A program made the translations under genes and the position numbers. From the human T2T-CHM13v2.0 reference genome, Homo sapiens, in the NCBI RefSeq assembly GCF_009914755.1, contig NC_060934.1: a stretch of DNA of 64,000 nt, one strand, 5' to 3'. Shown here piece by piece: positions 15,241 through 37,789 of this stretch; positions within the stretch are counted from its first letter, which is position 1, and every line of letters begins with the position of its first letter. The notes under the pieces were generated by a model that was given only the letters and a program-made list of their open reading frames with translations, was not told the origin of the DNA and searched no databases.

Positions 15241-16043
15241 TACCATACATCTTAATTCAATCTTCTTTTCCACAAAAGCAACTTTCACAGTAATAGCAAA
15301 ATTCATTCACTTATTTATAACAAACATAATATCTGTAAAGAGAAATAAGGTTTACAAATTAAGCTTCTATAACTTTTCTTGAAGTATGCCATGATAACAT
15401 GTGGAATATATCTGAATTTAGTTTTTAGATACCGCAATATTTAGAAATAATCATAAGGAGCATAAAACACTGAGTGCTATTTTGTAAACACATGTAATTT
15501 ATAAGGTAAAGAGAAAAATGTCTGAGCTTTTGACTACCTATTATTCAAAAAACAATGTGTTTTTCACTGAGCTGATTAGCAGTTTTACCATATAACATTT
15601 ATTTGCTAGCTTTAATTTCTAAGGTAAAGGTGGGAAAACAGCTTAAATGTCTTACTAGCTTCCACAACAACTCAGAGGTGACATCATATGGTACTTTTAG
15701 CCTTTAAATTCTAATTATATGTTAAGGTGGGAAAATGAGTTATTTATGAGCATTTAGATTTTGGTTAAAAAGTAAACCAAGGAAAATGTTTCTTTGGTAC
15801 AGCTGTTTGAAGACAATAAAATCTCCCAATTACTGCTTTAAGAAATTCCTATCTTTAAGAAATTCCTATAACGATTCCTGGGTAATTTTTGCTACCATAA
15901 ATAGCTATCTATCACTCAGGGAAAATTTTGTTCTCTTCGACTAGCTCTAGTTAATTCTTTTTAGAAAGTAAGAGTTTACAGACTAGTTTTTCCAGATCTA
16001 TAATAATTATTTTCCATCAAATTGGCTTGCTTAGTTGCCTTAC

Positions 16044-16272
16044 CTATAATATATTTTCTTCATAGTAAATGGCAAGCAGCTAAAACATTGTTTGTAGATC
16101 CTGTTCTCATCTGTTTCTAGTTCCAATCCACATTTTGCACAGCCAGTATATATGATGTTGGGAAGAGAAGAAAAAATACTCTTCAGAGAACTGTGAGCAT
16201 TTAGAGCTATCTTCTGAGCTGCTGTAAGAGGAAATGCCAGCTCTGAAATCTGGGCTTTAATTAGAACCACTC
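16044..16272 (-). pseudogene. SHLD2-like exon (229 nt, GVVLIKAQ...CAKC...CFSC...IYYR)
   Basis: ttgtag|GAGTG...ATAG|gtaagg; ORF 16040-16285 is open and has two CxxC motifs. Confidence 0.94.
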
Positions 16273-16646
16273 CTACAAACAACAAACAGATATGTTATAA
16301 ATTATTGGGCCAAAATTATAACTTTAATTTACAAACATGGCTAATTTTATAGTTGATTTACAGTCACTTGTAGTAAAAGGATACACTGAGGTCTTGTTCT
16401 TCGTCTTCTTTACTATTTTCCTAGAATCTAAGGGCAGGGAGGTCTGGCTGCAACTGAGAGCAGGTTTACTTGGCTAATTTGGCTGAACATGTGATGTTTC
16501 CTTCCTTCCCCATCCTCTGGAATCAGGCAAAATAAGTTCAATACCTCCTTTAGAAGAAATCCCTTCGAATACTTGAAACTAGCTAACATGCCCTCTCTCC
16601 TTGCCCTGTCTTCTTTTAAACTGATCATGGTGAAAAGCCAGATAGG

Positions 16647-16942
16647 GGCCGGGCACAGTGGCTCACACCTGTAATCCCAGCACTTTGGGAGGCCGACGCG
16701 GGCAGATCACGAGGTCAGGAGATCGAGACCATCCTGGCTAACATGGTGAAACCCTGTCTCTACTAAAAATACAAAAAATTAGCCGGGCGCGGTGGCTGGC
16801 GCCTGTAGTCTCAGCTACTCGGGAGGCTGAGGCAGGAGAATGGCTTGAACCCAGGAGGCAGAGCTTATAGTGAGCCAAGATCACACCACTGCACACCGGC
16901 CTGGGCGAAAGAGCGAGACTCCGTCTCAAAAAAAAAAAAAAA
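16647..16942 (+). mobile_element. Alu (Y/Sc-like)
   Basis: gagatcgagaccatcctggctaac; TSD aaaagccagatagg / aaaagccaaatagg. Confidence 0.9.
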
Positions 16943-17624
16943 AAAAAGCCAAATAGGAGGTGAACTTTTCTTCTTCTCTCTACGTAAAAATATCAATAGC
17001 CTGTTCTCTTTTAAACTTTTTTCCAACTTTCCGCTCACCATTATCATCTATATACTCTGGCTGTGGGTTATAAAAAGTTCTCATTTATTAATCGTTTCTC
17101 AGGTGACTCACAAGAAACCTCAAGCATATTCATAATTCACTGCTAATGGCTCATCCATTCACCAGTAAACAAATACTGAAAGTCTACTATCTCCCAGACA
17201 TTATTTTTTCCTAATTTACTTTTGTCTTACTGTGTACTGGTGAGGTCTATGAGTTTTCTTGAGCATTATTCTCCCTTTCTCCATAGTCAATTTAAAGGCT
17301 TCTTTAAGCCTTAAGCCTTCAAATTTGTTCTTCTTCATCCACTTAGAAGTAAGAACACTCCAGGTCAAGAACTAATCACTCTAGTCTCCTACTGTTTTCT
17401 GGTTATCTCTTTCAGAGTCCAGTTAATGATGAGTCTTCTGTTCTTAACTTCATTTGCTTTAGTCTTTCAATGCCCAAAGACGGTTTCATCATCTCTTCCA
17501 ATTGTGTCACATATCCCTACATGAGTTAGCAGGAGTGCGTAGCGATCGAATATGTAACAAACTGTAGAAGATTCAATACCACATCTTTCCAAAGACATGT
17601 TAAATCACTACAAAATTATTATTT

Positions 17625-18410
<786 letters not shown>

Positions 18411-19717
18411 TAATTTTAAAAGAATGTTCACATAATCCTATCATTTTGTAAATTTACACAACTCTTGAAAAGAATTAAAAGGTCACGCTGAATGTGGACT
18501 TTGCTTTCAAGGGGGTCACTCCGGCTGAGCACTGAAATTCTGCTGGCGGTAAGATGAGGTACTGGGTAAGCGTCTTCATTTCTTTACAAGGACTCAGGCC
18601 TAGCCTCATCCCCCTCTGGCTTTTGTTGAGCAAGCAGACCCTTCTAGGAAATGCTCCCATGCTGATCTCTCTTTCTCCTTTTATTTAACTATAAAATAGG
18701 TTAGGGAAAAGTTGCTTGTGTTTTCATATTCTCTCTCCATTTTTGTCTTAAAAACACATACACTATGACAGAAACTATGAATTCAGCCCTCATAGCTGAA
18801 CATAAAGAGAATGAAAAAGGCTAAACAGGCCTCTGTGAACAAAGCCTCTGAAGGACTGATTTTAATGGCACAGTTTTGGCATGGCTTGCTAATGAGGAGC
18901 ACACCTCCAGGACTTCCAAGAACATGCACAATTCCTGGCTGCGTCCTCAAACAAGTGGGGCTATAGCCTGAGAATCTTTCATCATCAGCGTGGTGGCCTC
19001 CTATTTTGTTGTTGTCCATGATGTTATTTATTTTTATTTTTAAACCTAATTCTAGACTTCAATCCCAGCAGATAACTGTTTTGTGTAAGCAGTAAATAAC
19101 AGAGTTGACTTCTCCATGGCACCAAACTAAACGTCTCTGCAAAGTAAGGTAGCCCCTCAACTGTGTCTGGCATTCCTTCCTGTGGTGACCACCTCTATAT
19201 GTCTGTGAAGTTGGAGAAGCAGAGCACGGGAGGGGCACATAAATATAAAACTGGCTTAGGAACTTACATGATGCTATAACATTACCAAGATTTTACCAGT
19301 TAGTATAAATCTAGAGTCTTTTATGACCATAGGCAACTTCCATTTTTGAAAATAGTATGAAATTTTTATAGTATAAAAGCTTATAAATTTTCTATCATCT
19401 GTGTTTACCTTCCAGAAATATTATTAATTTAAACTATCTGCTGGTATTAGTAAATGTTTCAGTGTAGAACTAAGAATAAGGAGTTCTTCTCTGAGAATGA
19501 AATCTCTGTATTCAATTAAAAGTTGGGTTTTTTGAGAGGTATTGTCTTTGTTTTCTGCCTGTATTCTCCTTAGCATAGTTTTATGATATAACAATGCTAA
19601 CCTTCAATCATATATTGGAAAACATATTTACACATATATGTGAATTAACCCAACTAGTAACATTTTAATCTGGCATTTGGCCAAGATAAAGTAAGGATCT
19701 GAATTTCTGCTCCCACT

Positions 19718-19795
19718 TGTCATATAATAAAAAATAGGTATTTGCTCTTTGTCCCTGGTTCCTAGCACATAGTTCCTAAAACTACTGGAATCTAG
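19718..19795 (+). mobile_element. MER21-like LTR 5' fragment
   Basis: tgtcatataataa...tctttgtccctggttcctagcacatagttcctaaaac resembles the MER21 start. Confidence 0.45.
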
Positions 19796-19840
19796 TTCAG
19801 ATATTTGCAAAGATTTATATTTCACTTTTATATAGACTTA

Positions 19841-20225
<385 letters not shown>

Positions 20226-20246
20226 TTATGTATATAAAAATCTTAC

Positions 20247-20453
20247 CTGAACATTTATCCTCTAGGTGGGTTGCTAAGTCTGATATCTTCACAAAGGAGG
20301 GTGCACTTTTTTGAAATTTTGCTTTAAATGTAATTGCCCTTATATCATCATCAAACTAGCACTCACAGGATGACCAAGGCGTTGTATGCAATTCTAGGTT
20401 TTCTAGTGTGTAATTGCGCTGAACAAAAAGATATTTAAATTCCCAAATATAAC
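20247..20453 (-). pseudogene. SHLD2-like 207-nt cassette exon (YIWEFKYLF...EDKCS) with in-frame TAG
   Basis: tttaag|GTTAT...TCAG|gtaaga; TGC TAG TTT at 20356-20358. Its 69 codons match the recalled difference between the 904-aa and 835-aa SHLD2 isoforms. Confidence 0.9.
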
Positions 20454-20639
20454 CTTAAACAAAAACAGTAAAAACAAAAGTCACCAAAAAGGAAAAAAAA
20501 TCTAGGCTTAGTATCAGATTAAATAGATTGATCTGATTAAGTCAGTTGAATACTAATCTTTTATCACTAAAGAATTTGGGTAAACAGAGACAAAATATGA
20601 ATGGTGCATTAAGACAACAGAAGCATGCTAGAGATTATT

Positions 20640-20938
20640 ATTATTATTTTTTTTTTCCAAGACAGAGTCTCGCTCTGTTGCCCAGGCTGGAGAGCAGTGG
20701 TGTGATCTCGGCTCACTGAAACCTCCACCTCCCAGGTTCAAGTGATTCTCCTGCCTCGGCCTCCTGAGTAGCTGGGATTACAGGTGCGTGCCACCACTCC
20801 CGGCTAATTTTTGTATTTTTAGTAGAGACAGGGTTTCGCCATGTTGGTCAGGCTGGTCTTGAACTCCTGACCTCATGATCCGCCCACCTCGGCCTCCCAC
20901 AGTGCTGGGATTACAGGCATAAGCCTCCGCGCCGGGCC
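20640..20938 (-). mobile_element. Alu (Sg-like)
   Basis: Antisense dimeric Alu. Confidence 0.9.
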
Positions 20939-21183
20939 ACCAGAGATAATTTTAATAAAATATTTTCTAAAGATTCCTTGCCCTCCTGAACGGTCATCAT
21001 TTATAATAACCAACTGCTTTCTGTAAAGAAAATTCTCATGTATCTATCTATAGGCAAAGTTTTGTTTTGTTTTGTTAAAGAAAGGACACTGAAATGAACC
21101 CAAGTCTAATATTTCACTCATATTTCAATACTTTAGTTATCTTAGTTAACTTTTCTAGAACAAAAAGCATTTAGACACAATAG

Positions 21184-21506
<323 letters not shown>

Positions 21507-22920
21507 ACAATTCTAATACTTAAAGCCACAGTAACACAGACCTTGTTACTGTTATATTCTCTATTAGTAAATTCAACTTATCTGTATTATCATATTCTGT
21601 ATTAGTAAATTCAACTTCAAAACTATAATAAAACAAAAGAGGGTTTCTTAGCACTCATTTTTCTGATAACATCAGCTGTCTTTTTAGTTTCTCACTTCAG
21701 GCCATAAATCTAATTTACTACACCTGCTCATCTCCTTAGTTTCTTTCACTAAAGATTTTTTTTTTTTTTTGGTGGAAAATCATCAAACATCTCAGTAAAT
21801 CTGTAAAGACAGAACATCACTAGCTAGAACTAAAGCATATATTCCAAGTTACTGCTTAAAACCAATCACTAAAATAGCTTTCTTGTCTTATTACAAAATA
21901 CCTGATTAGAAAAGTAAGCTAAGAGAAGCCAAGTAAATAAACATATAGCAGCCATAATCTCAACACCCTAAATAAGCAGTTAACATTTTAGCGGACAACC
22001 AGTTGTTTGGGATTTTATTTATTGGGATTGACTTAATAAGTCAAATATAGTTTTATATGTATGTATTATTCTACATTGCTTTTAAATATTACATAATATG
22101 CCATTGTCCAGATACACCAAAATCTTAAAAATTATTACAGCAAACCTCTATTTTGAGGGACTCTGGTTGTTTTTTATTTTTCACAATTATACATGATACC
22201 ATGATAAACCCATTTTCAGCTACATCTTTATACATAGCTATGATAAGTTCCTAGAGCTAAAATTATTGGGCTAAAAGTACCCCCAATTTGTTCATATTAA
22301 TTGTCAGTTATCCTCAAGAAAGGTTCTGCCAGTTTGCATTTCCAATAGCTGATGACAGTAGCTGTTTTCCCATATCTTCTCAATCAATTTCTTAAAAGAA
22401 AAATAATCTATCATCATTACTTTGTGTGTTTTCAATTACTTGTAAGAACAATTTTTCCATATATTTATTGGCCATTTTTATTTCTTCTTTGGGGACTTGC
22501 CTACTCATATCCTTTCCCCATTTAACTCTATAGATATGTGTCTTTTGCTTACTGCATTATTTTCTGACAATGTAATTTTTTTTCTGTTTTTTTTTTGTTG
22601 CCTTTCAATTTTGTACATGGTGGTTTTTATGTATAATAGTTTTTGTTCCTGGATTTTATTTACCCTACCAACCTTTGCATTACAAATAATTTTGCCTATA
22701 TTTTCTTCTACTATTCATTGTTTCATTATTTTTGTATTTGAATCTCTAATGTATCTGAAATTTATATTGGCACAAACATAAAGTATAAATTTAATTCTAT
22801 TTTTTCTCACATTGTTAGCTAGATTTTCCAAACATTAACTATTCTTTTATTTTAAAAAGCATAAGGTTTTAATTTTATTTTTAATTATAAAATAAAATAC
22901 ATTTATTGTGAAATATTTAA

Positions 22921-23460
<540 letters not shown>

Positions 23461-25388
23461 ACAGAAATAACTACGGCTAGCATTTTGCTATACATGCATA
23501 TTTCCAGGTTTTCAAATGCACATATGTACTTATAGATACATTTTTATTAAAATGAGATACTATCATATATAAAGGGTTTTCTTGAAAATTTTTGTGTATT
23601 AACTTATATAAACATAAAAATATTTATTATATGATAACATAATATATTTTCTATACATGAAGTTTTACAATCCAATTTTTTTTATTTTTTATTTTTTTTT
23701 AAGATGAGAACTTGGACTCCTGGGCTCAAGCAATCCACCCACCTCAGCCTCCCAAGGTACTGGGTTAACAGGAGTGAGCCACCACACCTGGCCTATAATC
23801 TACTTTTTAAACTAAATAATACATTACATATATCTTTCTAAGCTAATGAACATACACATTTTTGGTAGTGAATATCTTTATGTATTCACCCAGATCACAA
23901 ATGATTCCCTTAACTGTTTTCCCATCCACTGAAATAAGCTCAAGCTCTCATATTTGTATTGCGTGACCCTGTCTTCCTGATCACAGTTTTTTGAATCAAA
24001 ATTACTCTGGGCAATCAGATTCTCTTTGCTGGGAATTTGGAAATGGGGTTGGTCTCTTGAAAAGAAAAGTAAAATCAGGAAAATAGAATTACTTAAGTAA
24101 TCCTTCAAAATTGGTATTTTTATCTTAAAAAGACTGATGTGAGGTATTGAAGTAGATGTTAAAACTTTAAAATGATGGTTACAAATAAGGGGGGCTGGAT
24201 GAATGAATGTACAAAGAACAACAACATCTTAATTCCTGGATTCATACGTTTTCAATACTAACCTAAACACCATAGAGTCACCTAGAGACAACTGTAATTT
24301 CTCTTCTATTAACCAAAAAACTATTAATTTTAAAAGAATATTCACATTAAACATGGAGCAATCTGCTCTGTTACAGCTCCACTATACCTGTGACCTACAT
24401 TCTTGTGTAGCATGCACTAGACTCATGTTCTCAGCCAGGCTATGGTGGTCAATGATCATAGTTAGTCTATCACTGATACATGTTTGTCAGCTTGCTCAAC
24501 CAAACAAACATCTGTCCCTGTTTGATCTTAACATAAAAGTCCAAAGTTAGACTTATCTCAAATCCTAGTCATAGCTATTAATGATTAAGAGAGACAATGT
24601 GATAGATCCTATCTACAAATAACTATTTGGAAGGCAGAAGTTTGGAGAGACATTAACTCTTTCAGGTAAAAAAATAATAATATACTGAATCAATCTCTAA
24701 ATTAATTTAGCAGGGAAAAATAACTCATAAGCCACAAATGAAACTGTCTTTGATTGTTACAACTAAAGGATCTCACAATAGCAAAGGGAAGACACTATAC
24801 TATTTTAATGAAACATCAATTCCATTTAATTCAATATACCAGAAATAATTTATGCTTTAAAGAAAAATGTAATCATGGGTCATATTTTAACACTGAACAT
24901 TCTAGGGATGGCTAACAGTGCATGCTTTTAAAACAACTATAATAAAAATATGAAACTGTAATTTATTGAACATTAATTGTGACTTGAAAGAGTTAAGGTA
25001 ACTCCCTTGACATCTGCCTTATAATCATAGCATTTATTTATCAGAGTACTCTGGCTGAAAAAAAATTGTAGAAGCTTCTCCAGAATTAAATGTTTAAAGA
25101 ACATTATTTGAAGGAGGTAAGATCTTCACTAAAAAGGTAAAGTAGTATATCTGGGAATAAATTTAAGCCTTTATTTCACCACCATTAATTAATGAAGACT
25201 TATTAGATAAATGAATTGCTACAAGAGGTACAAAATTTTAACAGAAGAAATTTGCAGAAGAATATTCAATCATGATCACTTGTATTTCAAATGCTGTCTC
25301 GTCTCTTAAGATTTTCTCCATCTTGGGCTCATAAACATTAATCATTTACCGAAATATAAATAGGTTAAATGCTTTTTGGTGTATTTAC

Positions 25389-25523
25389 CTTTTTTCCTTT
25401 GAAGTTGAGGGTACCAGGCTGCTCCAGGACCCCATAATACAAGCGCATAATGTTGATCTTGGGCCTGTTCCACTGTTAACATAACTTTTTTCTGCTTCTG
25501 TCCTCTATAACTGTATACTGCCT
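25389..25523 (-). pseudogene. SHLD2-like exon (135 nt, [20 protein letters not shown]...QRKK)
   Basis: ttccag|AGGCAG...AAAG|gtaaat; frame is open. Confidence 0.93.
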
Positions 25524-25690
25524 CTGGAAAAGGAAAATGAGTATCTTAGTTGGCATTACTCTATCACACATGATACCATACTTTAATAGCTGATGATACA
25601 TATATAGTGATAACCAAATGGTACACTAAGATGGTCTTGTATCTTAATTTTTTCATAATCTAAAATTAAGGAGGCAGTCAAAATGTTTAC

Positions 25691-25884
25691 CTGTCAGTAT
25701 AGGAAATCAACAACTCTTAGTACTGCGTGGACTAACACATCAGGTTGAAGGTGCTCCAATTCTACAAAGTCTATACTGTTCACCCTCTGAGGCTGTCTCG
25801 GAGGAAGATCTCTGAGGTAGGAATGTTTTGAGGACACATATGCCAGTAAGTCTTGAAGTACAACGTCACTAACTACGCTGGAAT
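25691..25884 (-). pseudogene. SHLD2-like exon (194 nt, [14 protein letters not shown]...RVVDF, with 1-bp deletion)
   Basis: ccttag|ATTCC...ACAG|gtaaac. GATTTC-CT-ATACTG lacks one base relative to the DFTILT codons. Confidence 0.92.
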
Positions 25885-26824
25885 CTAAGGAAAAAAAACA
25901 TGCATACAGACAAAAGATGGCAACATTATATTTTTCTTGACAAATAATATTTTTTAGAACTGTATTTTATGTTGTAAGGTATGATTAGATATAAAATATA
26001 GTTTTGTTTTCTCTAAAACATGTACAATAGCTAAGTCTTGAATCAGTTTAGATGTAAAAATAAACTTGATATTTTTAATCAATGGAAATGGAATTATTTA
26101 CTATCCCCAAAAAACTTGTGCTGTTCCCATACTTCTTTACTTTGTTAATAATATCATTTTCTATCAATTAACCAAACACAAAATTTCTGTTCTTTTTTGA
26201 CTCCACCACCCTGTAACAGCCAATTGGTTCCCCAATCCCTGGAGTCTGATTTGATCCTGCTTTCCCAACTATCCTAGCCTCTGCCGTTCTTCCTCAAGCC
26301 CCTTCTGAAACAGGCTCAGAGCCACCTCACTGGTTCTCTCCCTGAGTGTGCCTTACTCTTTCCACACGAGGCCTCCGTCCTCACCAATTTCCAGCTGCAA
26401 GGCTGTCTTCTTGTCCTACCCAATACCACATAGAATGATGACCACTATAGATTCACAGTGCTGCTTTTTTCCCTGAGCTCAGAGAGCTTTTAAGCATGTG
26501 CTACATTGTAATATTTTTCAAGTGTTGGATTGGTTATTTAATTCTTCAGTTACTATGTCTTTTAAATGTTTTTCTCTTTCCTGTCTCATTTTTTTTCTCA
26601 CTTTTTATTAAGGTATAGTTTCTGTACAATAACATGCATATATTTTAAATGTACAGGCTGATGAGTTTTGCTGATTAAATTTTAATTTCTCTGAAGGTAA
26701 GAGAAGTATGCTTGAGTATGTGATTGATTGCCGACCAAAATAAGATATTGGCAATAAACACTTAAGTACTTTTTAGAAAGCAGACTTCATAAACTGATTT
26801 GTGATTCTTCTTTCCTTCCTTTAG

Positions 26825-27045
26825 ACAGTAAAAGAAAAGGGATGTAACAGGTGAAACAAGACTGACCATGTTTTAATAAGCTGGCTAATAGGTACTTAAG
26901 TTCATTATGCTTTGTATTCTCTACTTTTGTATATGTTTGAAGGCTTTTACAATAAAAGTTTTTAAAAGTAAATGCAGATGCTCACACACACATAAAATTC
27001 AAACTAAAGTTACAAAGAAAAAATTAAAACCACACGTAATACTAC
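26825..27045 (+). repeat. Local ~220-bp duplication, copy B (empty Alu site)
   Basis: Same sequence as copy A, with a single aagttcattatgct and no Alu. Confidence 0.92.
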
Positions 27046-27427
27046 CAGACTGAATTCTTCTTTCACAGTATTTCCAGCAAATCTGGAATCAGAAGAGTTG
27101 TATTCAAATTCTGGTTTTGTCAATAATGAGCTCTGTGAACTTGTACATAACTTCTCTGGGCTTCGTTTTTCATGAACAAGATAGAGCTTTTGGGGAACAA
27201 AAACATCTCTGACATCAAATTATATATTTGTCCCTGATTCATAAAAATTTACGTGGAAACACATGGTTATTTAGATTCCAAAAAAAGTCTACCTCATGGA
27301 AACACTGTGTTGATCTTTGACTTATATATTTAATAATATTCAAGATAAATTTATATTCCTGTCACATTATCAGAACTAGGTTTGTAAAACATGTAACACC
27401 TCACTATAAAGATGAAAGTACAGAAGT

Positions 27428-28780
<1,353 letters not shown>

Positions 28781-28911
28781 AATTATTTCCCAGAAGTCCT
28801 TTCCAAAAACACAATATATTGATCAGAAATAAGAATCCTCTCATGAGTTGTAACCACTTGCAAAATCAAAACCAAATTGGTAAAATGAGTAACCAAATTG
28901 GTTTACTCTTT

Positions 28912-30280
28912 TTTTTGTTTTGTTTTTTGTTTTTTTGAGGTTTGCAGCTATTTTATTTGCAAGTATACATTTAACACAATGAAATAAACACTGATATATT
29001 GAAGCCTAGTTAATAGTAGTGTAACAATATGCATCATTTTGATGATTACATTATTTTAAACAACAAACTACACTGAAAAATTAATGCCAATAAAATTCTT
29101 GGTCATAATATTAAGAAATACAATATATAAATTGAAAATATGATTGCTTAAAATTTGAAAATGGAAGTGAACTCATTTGGACAGACTCAGAGTTAACATA
29201 ATCTGAAGGGAGGGGAGCTCTGACCCAAATGATATCTTTCAGGTTAACAGAAGAAAAAAGAAGCATAGTTTATCTCCAAGGAGAACGGGCAGTTTGCTTC
29301 TTCAGCTAGAATATATTCCCAGTGTCCTCGGGCTTTGCAGCAGAATCACATCACCGAGCATGAAGACTTGCCTTGTGAAGCTGCCCCGTCCATTTTTTCT
29401 GCCTCCAAAATCATCCTTCGAAAAACATCAACAGCAGTCTGATTTTCTTTAGCAGAAGATTCCAAAAAAGCTGCATTCCAAGATTCTGCCAAAGCTTTCC
29501 CTTCTTCATAACTGATCACCCTTTCCATATGCAGGTCTTTCTTATTTCCAACCAACATAATAGGTATTTGTACTTTCCCCACCATATCCAACAATTTGCC
29601 ATGGATAACTTTAATCACTTCAAAACTTTTGATTGATGTAACAGAATACACAAGAATATAGCCATTAATATCTATGGAGTATGTCTGAGGAAAGATAGAA
29701 TATTCATCTTGCCCGGCTGTGTCTACAAGTTAAAGATGATATTCTTGTCCATTTACTGTGATCAACTTTGTAAAAGTGTTTTCTATGGTTGGATCGTAGG
29801 AGTCCACAAATTGGCCTTCAACAAATTGAATCGTCAATGAGGATTTCCCCACAGACCGGTAGCCCAGGATCGCGATCTTCCGGGACTTTGACTGCGGCAT
29901 CTTGGCGGCCTCCTCAGCCCCGGCCCAACCACATCAACCGCGGCGGCGGCGGCTCCTGCTGCTGTGATCGGCGGCGGCCGCGCCGGGAGAGAGCGGCATA
30001 CAGAGCAGGGGCGGCGGCGGGCGCGGCTGCCTCTCGCTCGCTAGCTCGCGCGCTCCCAACCGCCCGGAACCGACCGCGCGGCGGCGCCCCTCCCCCCCAC
30101 AACACGCCCACGTGACCGGCCGGCGTCAGCACCGCCCCTCTTCGCGCCGTGGCCCGCCGCCTCCGCCCCCCGAAATACGCGGGGGGTGCGTCGGGGCGAC
30201 GTTTTACTTTAAAGGCAAAAAAAGGGGACGCCGCGATGCCCCCAGAAAAGTCACGACTGAAACTCGCTGCGTCATGACCC
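28912..30280 (-). pseudogene. RHEBP1: Processed RHEB pseudogene (probably RHEBP1)
   Basis: Intronless 555-nt RHEB CDS at 29900-29346 ([20 protein letters not shown]...CSVM) with CAA>TAA at codon 57 (29730-29732) and I163M. Also a 380-nt GC-rich 5' UTR, 3' UTR, AATAAA 28952-28957, A-rich tail 28912-28936, and TSD GGTTTACTCTTT at 28900-28911 and 30281-30292. Confidence 0.93.
29870..30280. promoter_or_regulatory. CpG-island-like segment (retrocopied RHEB 5' end)
   Basis: Dense intact CpGs, GC boxes, CACGTG E-box at 30109-30114 and a TGACGCA CRE-like site near 30268-30274 (minus strand). Promoter activity is not shown. Confidence 0.6.
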
Positions 30281-30899
30281 GGTTTACTCTTTCAGAAGAA
30301 AAACAACTGCAATATTCTCAAAATGTCCACTGGTAGCCATTTCCCTACATCAATAAAAAAACTTTAGAATATACTTTATTTAGCTACTAACCTGTAAAAA
30401 ATAAAGCACCATAAATTCCTGTGTATGTGTAAAAACAAAGATTGTGAAGTAACTTCTAAAGATTATCTAATTAGTTCAAGATTTTTCACATCATTCTACA
30501 AAAACCTGAAACTCTCTAGGGGATTCATAGAATATTCTCCATCCAGAATTTTGTCATAAGAGTTTTATGAAATTACTGAACTATTACTTGAATCTAGATC
30601 ATCCTTAAAACCAGAGATATCTACATTTCCCAAATCTCTTGCAAAGCATTTGCATACCATGTTATTTTCATTATTTCAAAACATTCCTTCCCCTTCTATT
30701 CTATCAACATCTACAAGATATGCTGAATTTTACTTAGAAGCCATTTAGCTATCATTCATACACACACACTTTCCAAAATGTAACACCTTCAAATATACAT
30801 AATAAAAGACTAAACTTGTATCTTTTACAGAAATCTCAAAATTAAAATTTAACTGACTTCAACTGGGCAAAACCACACCATCTCAGTTACTATAGGTTC

Positions 30900-37780
<6,881 letters not shown>

Positions 37781-37789
37781 TTTAAATTT

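Noticed and set aside
29346-29651. 101-aa Ras-like ORF as a gene
   Set aside because: It is the post-stop remainder of the RHEB retrocopy, starts at GTG and lacks the P-loop and switch regions.
29789-30336. GC-rich ORFs over the RHEB 5' end
   Set aside because: Antisense or off-frame reads of a stop-poor GC-rich UTR, with no recognisable protein.
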